A DNA stretch of 64,000 bases, taken from positions 16,840 through 80,839 of the IMG/VR virus record IMGVR_UViG_3300027801_002650, one strand, 5' to 3'. The notes under the pieces are model-generated. The model was not told the origin of the DNA and did no database searches. It worked only from the letters and a program-made list of their open reading frames with translations. The stretch comes from a virus. The position numbers were made by a program, and so were the translations under genes. Of the stretch, positions 29,101-38,532 are shown one piece after another (within the stretch, counting starts at the first letter, position 1; each line of letters starts with the position of its first letter).

Positions 29101-29453
29101 TCGACAAGAACATCATTAGCAGTACCATAAGTATTGGATGCCTTATCCCAAGAACCAGCGTAGAACCCTGAAGTAGTTACGGCAGTGTTCGTATTTGTTT
29201 GTTCGCCATTTGCTAAGAAAAAGTATGATACATTTGAGGTGAAATTATTACCGGTAATGTCATTGGCAACAAACGAAGCGAATTCGTCTCTAACTACCAG
29301 ACGTGAAATGAGATCTGAATAATCGACATTCGTGTTTGACGATGTCGCATTATTTACACGTGAGATAGTTTGGTTGGTTAGCACCCTCCAGTCATCAAAT
29401 GTGCTGATAGTATCTACTGTTGTTATTGGCTCTAAAGGTGTATATCCTGACAT
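26145..29453 (-). CDS. tail fibre-like virion protein (1102 aa)
   Basis: N-terminal TFDDWRVLTN fibre-attachment-like segment, five (L/I)PxGxxxxxP...GxxR(F/Y)(N/D) modules and C-terminal 12-aa beta-repeats. Confidence 0.8.
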   Translation of the reverse strand: MSGYTPLEPITTVDTISTFDDWRVLTNQTISRVNNATSSNTNVDYSDLISRLVVRDEFASFVANDITGNNFTSNVSYFFLANGEQTNTNTAVTTSGFYAGSWDKASNTYGTANDVLVDPITDPSGIRSLICRTTDAILLPRGTAGEAPINPEAGMLRYDLTLGTLTYWNENTISWKTLGGGELGDRDVDTVIKVENAPGTDEDTIQMYVGNTGTAFPVFTINAATTNTVVNAVFKDYVLFEKDITISGNLTILGQQSSVDATSLAIEDRLINIGMVNGLRNECVCLSDGANLRIRMPNIQTTTGTGAQVPHGLNVGELLWITNVNDIQNTLEGLYAVEAIHDIYEFSINNADGTPIGAIVGTFSPTLSWAGPQSDAAVSSGGLVLPGNTEHSLKWTDSDQYFSFSDNMRIDNTAAFGLPVGNSGQRPNLSGGSGDNPHIDDYKGSLRYNSELNCLESIMTSAGGGTTKHWALFHSMIDSDDGSDTFINVYGNPSVPTAVVSAAGHTLNDIVFVTDGVERFFIDNLGYAHFTSNGGIVIPKGTTAEQPRFPSTDAGGDTTNPLDAQGDGMQVGMIRFNTELNVYEGVFEDDSSTDSLRFMPLGSGTVDTGSGSGNNTFLSVYGNDVNPFSHDPAGTHVGIQGNAVHTLDDVIVTVAGDKRFIIDSTGWASFTSNGVLQIPRGTTAERPSAIAGGYDAGSLRFNMDTNAMEVVLGDGTTWSGTGGLVDSSDGSDTFINPYGNPTNATSVINAASHVFNDLTFVTDGTEEMLISANSWISLHTSANSVVRLPTGTTAQRPSTTGNGLRAGSVRFNTDINAFEGVMTDGTTWAGFGVLSDIQNGGDTFINPYGSSTDAASVASDSVHTENDMVFVSNSNHIMTIDKGSSGVSGNVYIGDSYDLGDVGTHISNAPDAKFKVRGTANVTGAVVFNSSFTVNGSVDFDSTLNTDGAVTFNSTMDVDGGTTLNSTLDVDGATTLNSTLDVDGHSEHNSTMNIDGATTIDNTLGVTTSITVPIINGTSGSLQINGATQINLDTGASNFDMTDTAIILTGTRIDIGDDSNDAIRIRPGTSAASNKILQCTDGDGNSTWIDFGVFDASGNRLI
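26518..26589. repeat. 36-bp tandem repeat (2 near-identical units) inside a degenerate 12-aa repeat tract
   Basis: gtagagttaagagtcgttgctccgtctacatcaagt / gtagagttaagagtcgttcctccgtctacatccatt; encodes MDVDGGTTLNST-LDVDGATTLNST on the - strand. Confidence 0.9.
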
Positions 29454-29460
29454 TTAATCC

Positions 29461-32298
29461 TTACCATGTTTCGTCGGTGAATGCAATTCTTCTCCAAATG
29501 TTTGTAGCTCCGTCATAGTCTGCTATGCAGTAGTAAAAATAACTTGCATCGGCAGAAATCATTCCTTCCTTGTCTGAGGAAGACCCAACTGAAGTACTGA
29601 CGCTATCTGTTCTTGCTCTTGTCAGTGATTTTACCGTCGTTGGAATATATTTAGCTGACGTCGAATCGTACGCCAGTACGTTATCCTCATTTGGGCTAGT
29701 GTTTTGGTCCACGTCAGAATGATTACTAATACTACCAATCACTTGATCTAGATCCCTGGCTTCCCATAACAAACCATTACCCTTTACGAGCACGTCACCC
29801 TCAGTGGAACCATTCAAAGCATCTACATCACCGAGATCTTGTAGATAATGATTTCCTAATTCGAGTTGTGCATCTGTAGCAGGTGCCCATAGACTTCCGT
29901 CCCATTTTAATACATTTCCTACACTTGGAGGACCTGGTGAAACATTCGTTAAATCCTCAAGTTCGTGCGTATTTTCTACAAGGGATGTTGGTTCAAAAGC
30001 AAGACCAGTCCATTGAAGAACTGCCCCTGACACTAAACCACCACCCATTGAAACATCGGATAGATCCATAATGCTGGAAGACGAAAGATCTAAGGTGTAA
30101 ATGTATTCATCTGCTGGACCCCATTTAGAGGAAGCAGTATCATATTTTAATATTTGTCCATCAGTTGCGACAGTCGTCGACACATCAGGTATGTCAGCAA
30201 GAACGTTTGGTGCTAAAGGCAAGGAATATGAAGTCCATTCCGTCCCATCGTATCTTAGAACATCGCCTACCAACTTCCCTGCTGTTATAGTATCAACGTC
30301 GTTCATAGCATCGATAGTTATCGTGCTCAGAATCTGTAAGTAGGAAGTATCGTCTGCTGGTATAAAGTTGCCTGTAGCAGTCTCATATTTTAAGAGTTGG
30401 CCGTCAGTCGGTGCATTCGTAATAATATCTATATCTGAGAGTCTGTTTAATCCGAAAGAACCAATCTCCGTCATTACGTCATTGCCTGGTTTCCATTTAT
30501 TGTCGCTTGTATCAAACCTCAGGATTTGATCATGCAAAGGTTTATCGACTAAAGGATACGGATACTCAACATCAACAAGGTCACTAAGCTCTGGCATATC
30601 GTTTGCTGCCCAAGTGCCGGCATACCATTCTTCTGCCGTCTGATCCCACCGTAAATACAGTGACTTAGAAGGCGTCGAAGACGCATTTGACGTATTTACG
30701 TCCGAAAAGACCCCCAGCTGGTAAAGGGACGGGTCATTGACATCAACCTCCGCACCCCATCTTTGTGATGCTGTATCCCATTTTAGAACGTAATTATCTG
30801 TGAGGGTAGTAGCATCTACGGGTAAATCTATGTCCGCGAGCTCATGCAGTTTGTTCGTTGATAGATCAACAAAGGTTGCTTCCACATCTCCTGGAATCCA
30901 TTGAGAAATACTTGACTCCCAACGAAGAACCTGATGATGAGATGGAGGATAAACAGAAGTATTAACATCTGCCATTTTATCAACAGTCCCAAACATCGGT
31001 GTATAATTACAGTCAAAAAACGTTCCATCATCTCTAGTAAATGTAACTGTATTTGCTTTAGCACTTGTTTGTGGATTTACGACTGCGTGGGCAGTAGAAG
31101 TATTTGCTGCTGAAGTATCTTGACCTGCCTCCCAACGATTGTTGGTAACACTCCACTGAAGTACTGATTTTTCTATGAGTCCTGCCGTATGTATATCGGC
31201 GAATCTGGTAATAGAATCAAAAAGTGGAGCAACGTTCATTGTTGATTCAGAGTTATTTTCTCTGGTAACGACAACTGTATTTGCTGGTTCGTTCAGTACG
31301 ATGCTTCTTATAGAGGTATTAGAAACTGTATTTGGTGTCCATTTATTTACTGAGGCATTATAATGTAAAAGTTGCCCATCCACTGGAGTCAAATCAGTGT
31401 TAAAATCAATCAACTCAGTAATCGAAAGGTTTTGTGCTTTCCAGACTGAGCCATCCCAGTACAATCTATCACCTGCTACTGGAGCACCAAGATTTACATC
31501 AGCAAGATCATCGATCCCTGAAGTACCGACTGGTGTAACTACCTGAGAAATCCATTTTGTTCCGTTCCAAGTAAGTACGTCATTTACGGAAGCACCTGTA
31601 AGATCAATTCCATCTAAATCCTGAAGTGTTCCTGCGGCATTCACCCATCCGTCATCTATGTCATAAAACTGAAGAAGGTTTAATTCTGTATTTAAACGAA
31701 ATTGCCCTTCGAGACCTGCGGTGTTTGATGTAATGCCCTGTGGTATTTTTATTGGTCCTATAAACTCAGTATTCCCGTATGTAAAACCATCACCATTTAA
31801 ATAAAATTGTCCTTCGACATTAGCATTTGCTTCTGCCGTAAAGTTCGTGAAAATTCTTGTTCTATCAACTTGCATAGTGGCCACGTAATTTTGAGTGCCT
31901 CCAGCATAAAATTTTATTGTCTCGTCATCGATGGTCTCATCTGTTCCATCTAATTTGATCATTGTAGAATTGTCATCGTCAGCGATATAATTGATCGTAC
32001 CTGAGATATCGCCTGTCAATATAATATTGTTACAGGTTATATCACCAGCAGCAAACTGCCCGTCCGGACCTCTCATCACAATAGTATTACCAAAGAAAAG
32101 ATTACCACCTGCTGTTCTGTGGTCAAGGTTCACCGTATTCTGATCAGTAATAGAATTATTGAACAGTTTTACTATTTGATTGAAACCTTGCCTGAACCCA
32201 TCAAGTGTATCTGCTTGGGTAATCTCGACCATAGGATCAAGAGTATTCGCTATTGCGTTATCAGCATTAGTTACTGCGTTATTTGCGTCTTCTGCCAT
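29461..32298 (-). CDS. tail fibre-like virion protein (945 aa) with about 15 LxDLxDV...G(Q/D)VLx(W/Y)DxxxW repeats
   Basis: Repeats are visible in the translation. The C-terminal YFYYCIADYDGATNIWRRIA module is typical of phage fibre ends. RBS TAAGG. Confidence 0.8.
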   Translation of the reverse strand: MAEDANNAVTNADNAIANTLDPMVEITQADTLDGFRQGFNQIVKLFNNSITDQNTVNLDHRTAGGNLFFGNTIVMRGPDGQFAAGDITCNNIILTGDISGTINYIADDDNSTMIKLDGTDETIDDETIKFYAGGTQNYVATMQVDRTRIFTNFTAEANANVEGQFYLNGDGFTYGNTEFIGPIKIPQGITSNTAGLEGQFRLNTELNLLQFYDIDDGWVNAAGTLQDLDGIDLTGASVNDVLTWNGTKWISQVVTPVGTSGIDDLADVNLGAPVAGDRLYWDGSVWKAQNLSITELIDFNTDLTPVDGQLLHYNASVNKWTPNTVSNTSIRSIVLNEPANTVVVTRENNSESTMNVAPLFDSITRFADIHTAGLIEKSVLQWSVTNNRWEAGQDTSAANTSTAHAVVNPQTSAKANTVTFTRDDGTFFDCNYTPMFGTVDKMADVNTSVYPPSHHQVLRWESSISQWIPGDVEATFVDLSTNKLHELADIDLPVDATTLTDNYVLKWDTASQRWGAEVDVNDPSLYQLGVFSDVNTSNASSTPSKSLYLRWDQTAEEWYAGTWAANDMPELSDLVDVEYPYPLVDKPLHDQILRFDTSDNKWKPGNDVMTEIGSFGLNRLSDIDIITNAPTDGQLLKYETATGNFIPADDTSYLQILSTITIDAMNDVDTITAGKLVGDVLRYDGTEWTSYSLPLAPNVLADIPDVSTTVATDGQILKYDTASSKWGPADEYIYTLDLSSSSIMDLSDVSMGGGLVSGAVLQWTGLAFEPTSLVENTHELEDLTNVSPGPPSVGNVLKWDGSLWAPATDAQLELGNHYLQDLGDVDALNGSTEGDVLVKGNGLLWEARDLDQVIGSISNHSDVDQNTSPNEDNVLAYDSTSAKYIPTTVKSLTRARTDSVSTSVGSSSDKEGMISADASYFYYCIADYDGATNIWRRIAFTDETW

Positions 32299-32305
32299 TT
32301 ATACC

Positions 32306-35300
32306 TTATGAGAATGCAAAAAATCTTAATGATTTCAAATATGGAACGGTAGTAGAGTCAGCAGATGTAAAGACAACCTTAACCTGAAAAGTAGAATAGG
32401 TGTCATAGACTATCTCATCTTTGTCTCGTATAATAAAATCCTTTGGTGTTTCCCAACCAAAGGTCGTAATTCCGTCCCCATAAACATATTTATTTTGTGT
32501 ACCTTCGAGTTTATGATACATTGCATCATAAATCTTTTCTTTACTGAATCCTGAGACTGCTCTGAAATACACATGCACGTCAGTGCCTCCTGGTCGAACT
32601 CCCTCTGCCATAACCCGTAATCCTTTAGCAGGTATGTTCGCCCCTGTAGCAAAAATCTTTGAAATGTATCTTGCCTGACAGTTACCTTTATAAGGATCAA
32701 GCTCGCTTTTTGCTCGAATAATAGCGACAGTTGAAGGAGGTGTGGAACCTGACTTCTGTAATACTGTTGCAGTTACATTTCCTGTGTATCCTGTGCCTTG
32801 ATTTGTTACGTTTACTCCAAGAACACGTCCACCTGGCCCAACGACGAGTTCGGCGACTGTAATCTCGAGTCCGTTTGCATATGTTCCACCACCCGTCAGA
32901 GCGATTGTAGCATTTGTATTTCCTGAAGCAGTTGTATCGTAATCATATCCTAGACCTGGCTCTTCAACAATAAAGTCTGAACCAACCATTGTAGCATCGT
33001 TAATAATGTTTTCAGTCGTTACCAATTTCATCTGATCCTTATCGAGGACAGGTGAAACTCTATCATCCCATGTCTGCATGCTTACGTTGATCACGAAAGT
33101 ATTAGAATCATTTGCCATAACTCTTTGCTGACCTTCTCGACCGAAAACATTAAAATTATAGTTTTCGTTTACTCTAAAGGTTGTGTACGACAGATCAGTA
33201 CCAGTTGCTACTGAGGTTGATCGGTATGTAAATCCTGGTTCAGCAATATTCCCGAAAGTCATGTATGGCGACCTGACATAAAAATTATCGTATGCCGCAT
33301 TGACAGTTGGGAAATCCTTGACGTTGAAAAATGCCGCAGAGTTAGGAGTATTATAAAACTTCGCTCTATGTAAATCTATTGTCAAAGTAGTATTATTGTC
33401 CCTGTCCCAGCGACCATGGTTGTTCGTTCTCCAGAGTCCTAGGAAGTGTTTAAATCGTGGAACTCTGTGTTCTTCGTTCAGTAGAGTCTCTCCGACTCGT
33501 GACATGTGCAGTCTGTACTCAGGATTATCCGAGTCAAAACATAAAGCATATGCCTTTCCTGGCTTACAAAAAACAGGATTGAGAAAGGTAAATGCCGTTT
33601 GAGTATCATCATTTGCACTGTCAGGAATTATTACTTGAGTAATCTCAGTTGCCTGAATCAGTACTTCTGAAAAAGGAAGTGTCTCACTCGGAGACGGAAA
33701 TCCATCAACCATAGGACGCATTGAAATTTTCAATGGTAATCCAGTATTGGCGAAAGAATCGCTATTAGCAACATAGCAGAATCCACCTGTTAGAAATAAT
33801 CCTCTTGGATAGTCCGACGGATCAACATAAAGCTCTTGAGCAAAGCACCTCTTAAAATTCGAGGAAGTCTTTTGCCTTTCGACTTCAGTATAATAAACAT
33901 TAGCATCGTTATTGTCTGCTCGTCTCTTGAGAGTTTCCCTTGTCGTAGAATTGTTCGGCAAGAAAGGTTTACCATAAAAGGTTGTTTCCGCGAACGTAGT
34001 CTCTGTTGCAGTTGCATCGGTATCATCAGCATTTGTGATACGAAATACCTTGTCAGTAGCGGTAAATCTACCTGCTGGCAGGTCATATGCTCCAGCAACG
34101 ATCCCAAATTGATCAACAGCAAGCGATGTAGGTGCTGGTTCGAACGTAAGGATCTGACCTCTTGCTCCAGAATCCTGCCCGTCAACCGTATCCACCGAAG
34201 TAGTACTAAAATCCTGATCAGAAGTTTGGATTACGTAGAGTGAAGTCTGATTTGCACTTGGTTTTGCTATAGCAACTACGATACCTACTGCAGTTTCAAG
34301 TGATACTGCTTGTCGTACCTCTTCACCTGTATTGTACAGGGCAGTCGCGATATTTTCGTCATCAAACTTGATTACCTTAGCAAATCGTATGAAGTCTTTA
34401 TCTATTCTTTCGTTATCAAAATAAACAAAAAGATTAGCATGTGCTTTCATTCCCTCAGCAGAAAAATAAACAGTTTGCTTTGGCATGTAAAAGGCAGTCG
34501 TCAAATCTCTTTCGTATGCACCGCCACCTATGCTTTCAGTAAACTGAACAGGTGCAACAGGTTGCATAATATCATCAGAAAGCAAACCGTATTGGCGAGA
34601 AGTCTTTGGTCTTTGTGTCAATCGTATAGAATGTACCCCGTACCAGTGGAACTGGTGCAAGTTCATTACAGCATTTTTATACGGCACGATCGACTTTTCA
34701 AATGCATCGTTCTCACCTACTGTATTAATAATAGTAGAAGGTCTGACAGTATCGTCCATCCAGTTGTTAAACTGAGGAGTAATACTTATCTGACCTCTGA
34801 AAGCAGATCGACCAAAAGGATTCAATGGAACCGTATTAGTATAATATGGATTCGTGAATACAGTATTGTCGTTAATTGCCTCAGCCACTATGAGAGAAGG
34901 GTAACTATCTACGTTCTTAGAAGCGATTGATGAATACTCAAGGTCGTATGTGTTAAGTATTATTTTCGGGTGTACTGTTTTCTCGTACGTATCGACACTT
35001 GCTGCGAAATCAATATTGTCTATGTCACTCTTCCCGTGCCCCTCAAAGTTATCAAAGGCAGAGAATACCGTATTTGGATGCCCGTCATTCATATTCTGGT
35101 TGGCAAAGTTTACAGCCAAATCGTAGAATGGATTTATCTCAGCATCAGCAGGCATCAACCGTATATCAGAAGGATCGGCTGAAAATGGAACTGTAGTAAC
35201 GTCTGTCAGTTCGTAATGGGATTTCCTTGGAATTGGAGCATAAGGTTTTGCAGAATCACTGCCCTCAAGTTTTTCTATGTCAAGTTCGCTGTCAATCTTT

Positions 35301-38300
35301 ATAGTATCGTTTCGCGCAGTATAATATGCTACACTAGTAGAAATACCGTACTCAATACTCGGAAACTTCTTAAACTCGCTTGTCCATATTTGTCCAGTAT
35401 TATCGATTGTCTCAGAAGCAATTGGATCAGTATTTTGTGCCGCACTTGAAATACCAAGATTATTTCTCTGTGGTCTAAAGTCAAGGCAGTTGGACATTGA
35501 ATACTGTTTACCTGTTGCAGACACATGTACTGGTAAATCGTTTCTCGCTATATTATTAGGATATGAATCAATGCAGAAGTAAGAACCACCCGAATCAACG
35601 TGACGAAAGTAATCAAAAATGATACCGATTTGACCCGTTGGTGGTTCACCAATAAGTTTTATCCCACCCCATTCGTAATAGTTATCTTCCATACCAGAAT
35701 ACATCTCGTAGTTCTGGGTTGCATACACCGTATTTGCTCCTGACAAGGATGACCCCGTAGCAGCAGCACTAAGATCCGAAGGATTCAATGCATTTGGCGT
35801 TCCACTTGCATCAACTTGGCTGTCAAGAATCGCCCGTATTCTAAAAACATCTATTGTCTGTAGACTATCAATCAATCCCACAGTTTTATTAGGATCGGTA
35901 ACTATTACAGACTGCCCTTCGAATAAGGTTTTTTGTTTTGGTACTACGGCAGTCTCAGTTTCTGCTGCGAAATACACGTCCACGTTCGATGCTGATCCAG
36001 CATCCTGTATTGTAAATGTAACTTCTTTTGCCTTTGTAGCAGAACCACCCCCCGATAACGAAACCGTATCGTACGATGATGAGAAGTTTAGAGAGTTACC
36101 GACTGGTGTCGACAAAGTATCAGATGTACCTGTGACAAATATTGCGAATAACTCCCTTGCTTTCTTTGCGTCCACATCGGCATTGTCATATTCCGTAAAT
36201 GTAAATCCAGCAGGGGCAGAAACAGAAAGCGACTTTGTTAAGCCAACTCCCCCAGTTACGTTAGTATTCGTTACCTTCCTACTTACGTACTTGGTGTTAA
36301 TAACACCATTCTCATCCCTGATTGAACTTACTTCAAACGGAAGTTCATACAAAAATTGTGATTCTTGACTCTGAGAAAGTAAAACAGAACCACCCTGTGA
36401 ATCCACTCCATTATTCGCCGAAATCTGTAATCGAGTGGGAACTGAAAGTCCGTCATGGACGCAAATTGCTTTAACATCTTTCGCCTGATAGATAAACCTG
36501 TAACCATCACCAGGTAATGGTTCGTTAGGCATCTCTGATACAACGCAAGATGTATTCTGATAATAAGTTTCAATCTTTGTTCTCTGACCTTTTAATGCTC
36601 CCGAAGTAAATTCAACAGTAACTCCGTTGTAGGCATCGTCCAGAGAAGCAGTAGGACCATTGAGCGAAATAAACGTAAGATTCGCTACAGATCCGATAGT
36701 ATTTGCTAAAGTTTGTGGTTTAATATTCCATAGTACTGTCGCATATTCGTTTTTACCTTGATCCACATTTTCTATGTTGTATGGAATAAAGTCTCTCATT
36801 CTTGCTGTCGCCATGACAGTAGAACCCAATTGAGTTTGCGATGCTGTATTTGGTGATATACAGGTATGGAGGTAGAGAACCTGGTCTAGATTCTCTGCGT
36901 CGATCGAGTTTGGTGCCCCAATACCAGAACATAAAAAGTAATTCTGTACAGGTAATCCAACTGAAATCTTATCTAAGTACTGTAACTCTCTTGGAGCACG
37001 AATAGGAAGTGTTTCTGTTCTTTGGTAATTTATAACTGTATTACCTAACTGTAATATTCCTGGCTCAATATGTAATGAGTAAGTATTTGAGTTTACAATA
37101 TTTTGAGTTGTACCATCACCGACAAGAGCATTCAATGTCATCTGTGTATCATTCGCGACTGCTACAACATTGGCACCTGCTGTTGGTGAAACAATATAAG
37201 GTTGGCCACTTAAATATTTCTCAGTTTGCTTTTCGACATATAATTGTGTGTCATTAGAAACTGCGACAATCTCGTAATCTTTATTAGATATGGAAATTTT
37301 CTTTCCAATATCAAAGTCGGCCAGAAACTGTGTATTTGTGCCAGTGATAAAACCTGTACCATTAGTTGATACGGTCCCGTTTCCGTAGTATCTCTGGTTG
37401 CTCAAATAAACAATGTCCCCGACTTTGAAATCGGACGTAAAACTTGTACCTTCACCTGAAATGACAGCTACCGACTGGGCATTTGTTGTGCCTTTAACCC
37501 CAAAGTTTTGAGATATGCTAAGAGTTTGCCGTTTAATAGATTTTCTCTCATATTCTTTCGTGTCATGCCAAATATTTACCGGATCTTCGCTAGCCCATGA
37601 CGACGCAACCACTCCATTCGCTATTCTGAATAACTCAAGGAACTTAGTATTTGCATCTCGGTCAAACGTATTTCCGACAAAGGATGATCCTCGATACTCA
37701 CGTTTGGACAGAACAAGTTTTTGTCTGAACCTTGTGGCACCAGGAGCATTGAAGTTGTATGACCCGTTAGCAGGGTCAAGGAGGGTTCTTCCTAAATCTA
37801 CACCCGACTGAGAAGGACTTGTATTTGCGTCATTCTCATCTACAATGATTTCATCAATGTAAAACCCAACAGAGTAGTCAGGGGCAGAAGAGTATTTTTC
37901 AAGGACCAAATACTGCTCAGGTACGTAGTTCAGAAACCCAGACATATAATAGACGGATTCCTGAACTGATACCAATGAAGCAACATTTGAAGCATTTGGA
38001 ATCTTGGATGGGCCAGTAGCAGAGGTTGTAGTCGCCTGCTCGCCGTCATCATCTGTTGAAACCGTAATACCATCACCAAACTGTTTGTCTGTAAAATATC
38101 TAACTATAAGAGTGTTCATGTCTGCAGCATCGCGAGGAACAACGCCAACGACATATGCTCTGGCCGTACCAGTGGTGTCAGACGCACCAGATATCACTGT
38201 ATTTTGAAATGCACTCGCAACCAAGTCGACGGAGTCGAACTGGTTTTCTAATTTAATGGATGCCAAACCTGTATCAATTACGATACCTCCTCCCGAGACT

Positions 38301-38491
38301 AGGTCTCCGTCAGAGTAAGAGGTGTTGGCTAACTTCGTGATTTGATCCTGTAAAATTGTCTGCGACTGCGTAAGTTCTCTGGCCTGTACTGCATACGATG
38401 GTCTGAATAAAACTCTGTAAAAATTATCGAGCTCTGAAAAATCGTCGTAGTAAGGACCTGAGGTAAAATTTAATGAATCTTGTACTGGCAT
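32306..38491 (-). CDS. large virion structural protein, DUF4815/VrlC-like (2061 aa)
   Basis: N-terminal PYYDDF...FYRVLFRPSYAVQARELTQSQTILQDQI, DNFEGH, C-terminal FQVKVVF...VPYLKSLR; position after gp8 as in marine T4-like phages. Confidence 0.85.
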   Translation of the reverse strand: MPVQDSLNFTSGPYYDDFSELDNFYRVLFRPSYAVQARELTQSQTILQDQITKLANTSYSDGDLVSGGGIVIDTGLASIKLENQFDSVDLVASAFQNTVISGASDTTGTARAYVVGVVPRDAADMNTLIVRYFTDKQFGDGITVSTDDDGEQATTTSATGPSKIPNASNVASLVSVQESVYYMSGFLNYVPEQYLVLEKYSSAPDYSVGFYIDEIIVDENDANTSPSQSGVDLGRTLLDPANGSYNFNAPGATRFRQKLVLSKREYRGSSFVGNTFDRDANTKFLELFRIANGVVASSWASEDPVNIWHDTKEYERKSIKRQTLSISQNFGVKGTTNAQSVAVISGEGTSFTSDFKVGDIVYLSNQRYYGNGTVSTNGTGFITGTNTQFLADFDIGKKISISNKDYEIVAVSNDTQLYVEKQTEKYLSGQPYIVSPTAGANVVAVANDTQMTLNALVGDGTTQNIVNSNTYSLHIEPGILQLGNTVINYQRTETLPIRAPRELQYLDKISVGLPVQNYFLCSGIGAPNSIDAENLDQVLYLHTCISPNTASQTQLGSTVMATARMRDFIPYNIENVDQGKNEYATVLWNIKPQTLANTIGSVANLTFISLNGPTASLDDAYNGVTVEFTSGALKGQRTKIETYYQNTSCVVSEMPNEPLPGDGYRFIYQAKDVKAICVHDGLSVPTRLQISANNGVDSQGGSVLLSQSQESQFLYELPFEVSSIRDENGVINTKYVSRKVTNTNVTGGVGLTKSLSVSAPAGFTFTEYDNADVDAKKARELFAIFVTGTSDTLSTPVGNSLNFSSSYDTVSLSGGGSATKAKEVTFTIQDAGSASNVDVYFAAETETAVVPKQKTLFEGQSVIVTDPNKTVGLIDSLQTIDVFRIRAILDSQVDASGTPNALNPSDLSAAATGSSLSGANTVYATQNYEMYSGMEDNYYEWGGIKLIGEPPTGQIGIIFDYFRHVDSGGSYFCIDSYPNNIARNDLPVHVSATGKQYSMSNCLDFRPQRNNLGISSAAQNTDPIASETIDNTGQIWTSEFKKFPSIEYGISTSVAYYTARNDTIKIDSELDIEKLEGSDSAKPYAPIPRKSHYELTDVTTVPFSADPSDIRLMPADAEINPFYDLAVNFANQNMNDGHPNTVFSAFDNFEGHGKSDIDNIDFAASVDTYEKTVHPKIILNTYDLEYSSIASKNVDSYPSLIVAEAINDNTVFTNPYYTNTVPLNPFGRSAFRGQISITPQFNNWMDDTVRPSTIINTVGENDAFEKSIVPYKNAVMNLHQFHWYGVHSIRLTQRPKTSRQYGLLSDDIMQPVAPVQFTESIGGGAYERDLTTAFYMPKQTVYFSAEGMKAHANLFVYFDNERIDKDFIRFAKVIKFDDENIATALYNTGEEVRQAVSLETAVGIVVAIAKPSANQTSLYVIQTSDQDFSTTSVDTVDGQDSGARGQILTFEPAPTSLAVDQFGIVAGAYDLPAGRFTATDKVFRITNADDTDATATETTFAETTFYGKPFLPNNSTTRETLKRRADNNDANVYYTEVERQKTSSNFKRCFAQELYVDPSDYPRGLFLTGGFCYVANSDSFANTGLPLKISMRPMVDGFPSPSETLPFSEVLIQATEITQVIIPDSANDDTQTAFTFLNPVFCKPGKAYALCFDSDNPEYRLHMSRVGETLLNEEHRVPRFKHFLGLWRTNNHGRWDRDNNTTLTIDLHRAKFYNTPNSAAFFNVKDFPTVNAAYDNFYVRSPYMTFGNIAEPGFTYRSTSVATGTDLSYTTFRVNENYNFNVFGREGQQRVMANDSNTFVINVSMQTWDDRVSPVLDKDQMKLVTTENIINDATMVGSDFIVEEPGLGYDYDTTASGNTNATIALTGGGTYANGLEITVAELVVGPGGRVLGVNVTNQGTGYTGNVTATVLQKSGSTPPSTVAIIRAKSELDPYKGNCQARYISKIFATGANIPAKGLRVMAEGVRPGGTDVHVYFRAVSGFSKEKIYDAMYHKLEGTQNKYVYGDGITTFGWETPKDFIIRDKDEIVYDTYSTFQVKVVFTSADSTTVPYLKSLRFFAFS

Positions 38492-38508
38492 ATCCGTAAC
38501 TCTTATTC

Positions 38509-38528
38509 TGGGGCAGTCACCTGCCCCA
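38509..38528 (-). other. intergenic GC-rich hairpin with a GNRA-type loop (mRNA stabiliser or weak terminator)
   Basis: - strand TGGGGCAG-GTGA-CTGCCCCA: perfect 8-bp stem 4 nt after the gp8 stop; no U-tract on the - strand. Confidence 0.65.
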
Positions 38529-38532
38529 TTGA

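Noticed and set aside
26145-32298. Diversity-generating retroelement acting on the fibre genes
   Set aside because: No reverse transcriptase and no template/variable repeat pair with adenine-specific mismatches was seen.
32296-32308. TATAAAT upstream of the 945-aa fibre as a late promoter
   Set aside because: It overlaps the ATG itself and is better read as TAAGG (SD) plus spacer, like TAAGGATTAA-ATG at 29453.
34310-34930. 206-aa + strand ORF, and the many other 60-165 aa alternate-frame or antisense ORFs in the track
   Set aside because: They lie inside long, motif-bearing genes and show no motifs of their own; consistent with shadow ORFs.
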